Shown piece by piece: positions 55,797-56,018 of a stretch of DNA of 56,018 nt. Within the stretch, counting starts at the first letter, position 1. Every line of letters begins with the position of its first letter. The position numbers and the translations under genes are program-made. Under the pieces are notes generated by a model. That model saw only the letters and a list, made by a program, of their open reading frames with translations. It ran no database searches and had not been told where the DNA came from. The DNA is from Patescibacteria group bacterium (lineage in GTDB: Bacteria > Patescibacteriota > Patescibacteriia > JACRDY01), in NCBI GenBank assembly GCA_041671565.1, contig JBAZBH010000007.1, forward strand, positions 1 to 56,018, in the 5' to 3' direction.

Positions 55797-55936
55797 GCCC
55801 CTCCCCTTCGCAGGGGAGGAGACGAAATAGTTCGTTCTCGGATAGAAAATATCTTTGGGAGATAGATACTTGTTTGAAGAAGAAAACTATAGCTATGAAC
55901 GCCTTAACTAGTCTCTCCCCCTGCCAAGGGGGAGGC
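55797..55936. repeat. pair of inverted GC-rich hairpin motifs (REP/MITE-like)
   Basis: CTCCCCT-TCGC-AGGGGAG and CTCCCCCT-GCCA-AGGGGGAG; the copies are inverted relative to each other at about 20/26 identity. Confidence 0.65.
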
Positions 55937-56018
55937 ACTAGTGTCCCATTAAAACTCCCATAGCCGAGCCTGTTTCTGCATAAACTCAATTAAAACCTGC
56001 GACGGCGAGTTAGAAATC

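Noticed and set aside
55732-55989. ORFs 55732-55989(-) and 55751-55963(+)
   Set aside because: They are largely translations of the GC hairpin repeats, with no protein-like features.

Overview
Chromosomal segment of a small-genome bacterium, most likely Patescibacteria/CPR (Parcubacteria-like). That assignment is inferred from the split ComEC, a NUDIX insertion in LeuS, housekeeping genes without Shine-Dalgarno motifs, and short GC palindromes; it was not checked by database search. Left end: rpmB, a hicB-hicA-like pair, tRNA-Pro(GGG), a ~240-nt structured ncRNA candidate with its own promoter and U-tract, an orphan mini-operon containing an aberrant tRNA-Thr-like gene (8-nt anticodon loop), ndk, split comEC, a four-helix-bundle (23S rRNA IVP/Avd-like) gene and an FN3-like surface protein. 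Centre (8.3-47.1 kb, minus strand): a ~39-kb surface-glycan locus with three GT-C-like polytopic membrane proteins, 10 soluble GT2/GT4 enzymes plus a DPM1/GtrB-type GT2, a flippase, five SAM methyltransferases, formyl/acetyl/deacetyl tailoring enzymes, and GDP-colitose-type and CDP-3,6-dideoxyhexose-type pathways. It is followed by ahcY, an adenosine-kinase-like gene, a nucleotidyltransferase, leuS and rnhB. The most striking unexplained signal is a family of degenerate 7-8-nt tandem arrays. One pair forms 32-bp inverted arms around the four-helix-bundle gene. Seven 'empty' arm pairs (six heptamer-based, one ~9-mer-based) form hairpins just after stop codons, several supplying the stop codon. 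Single arms occur intergenically and in frame inside leuS. No CRISPR array, integrase, transposase or reverse transcriptase was seen.
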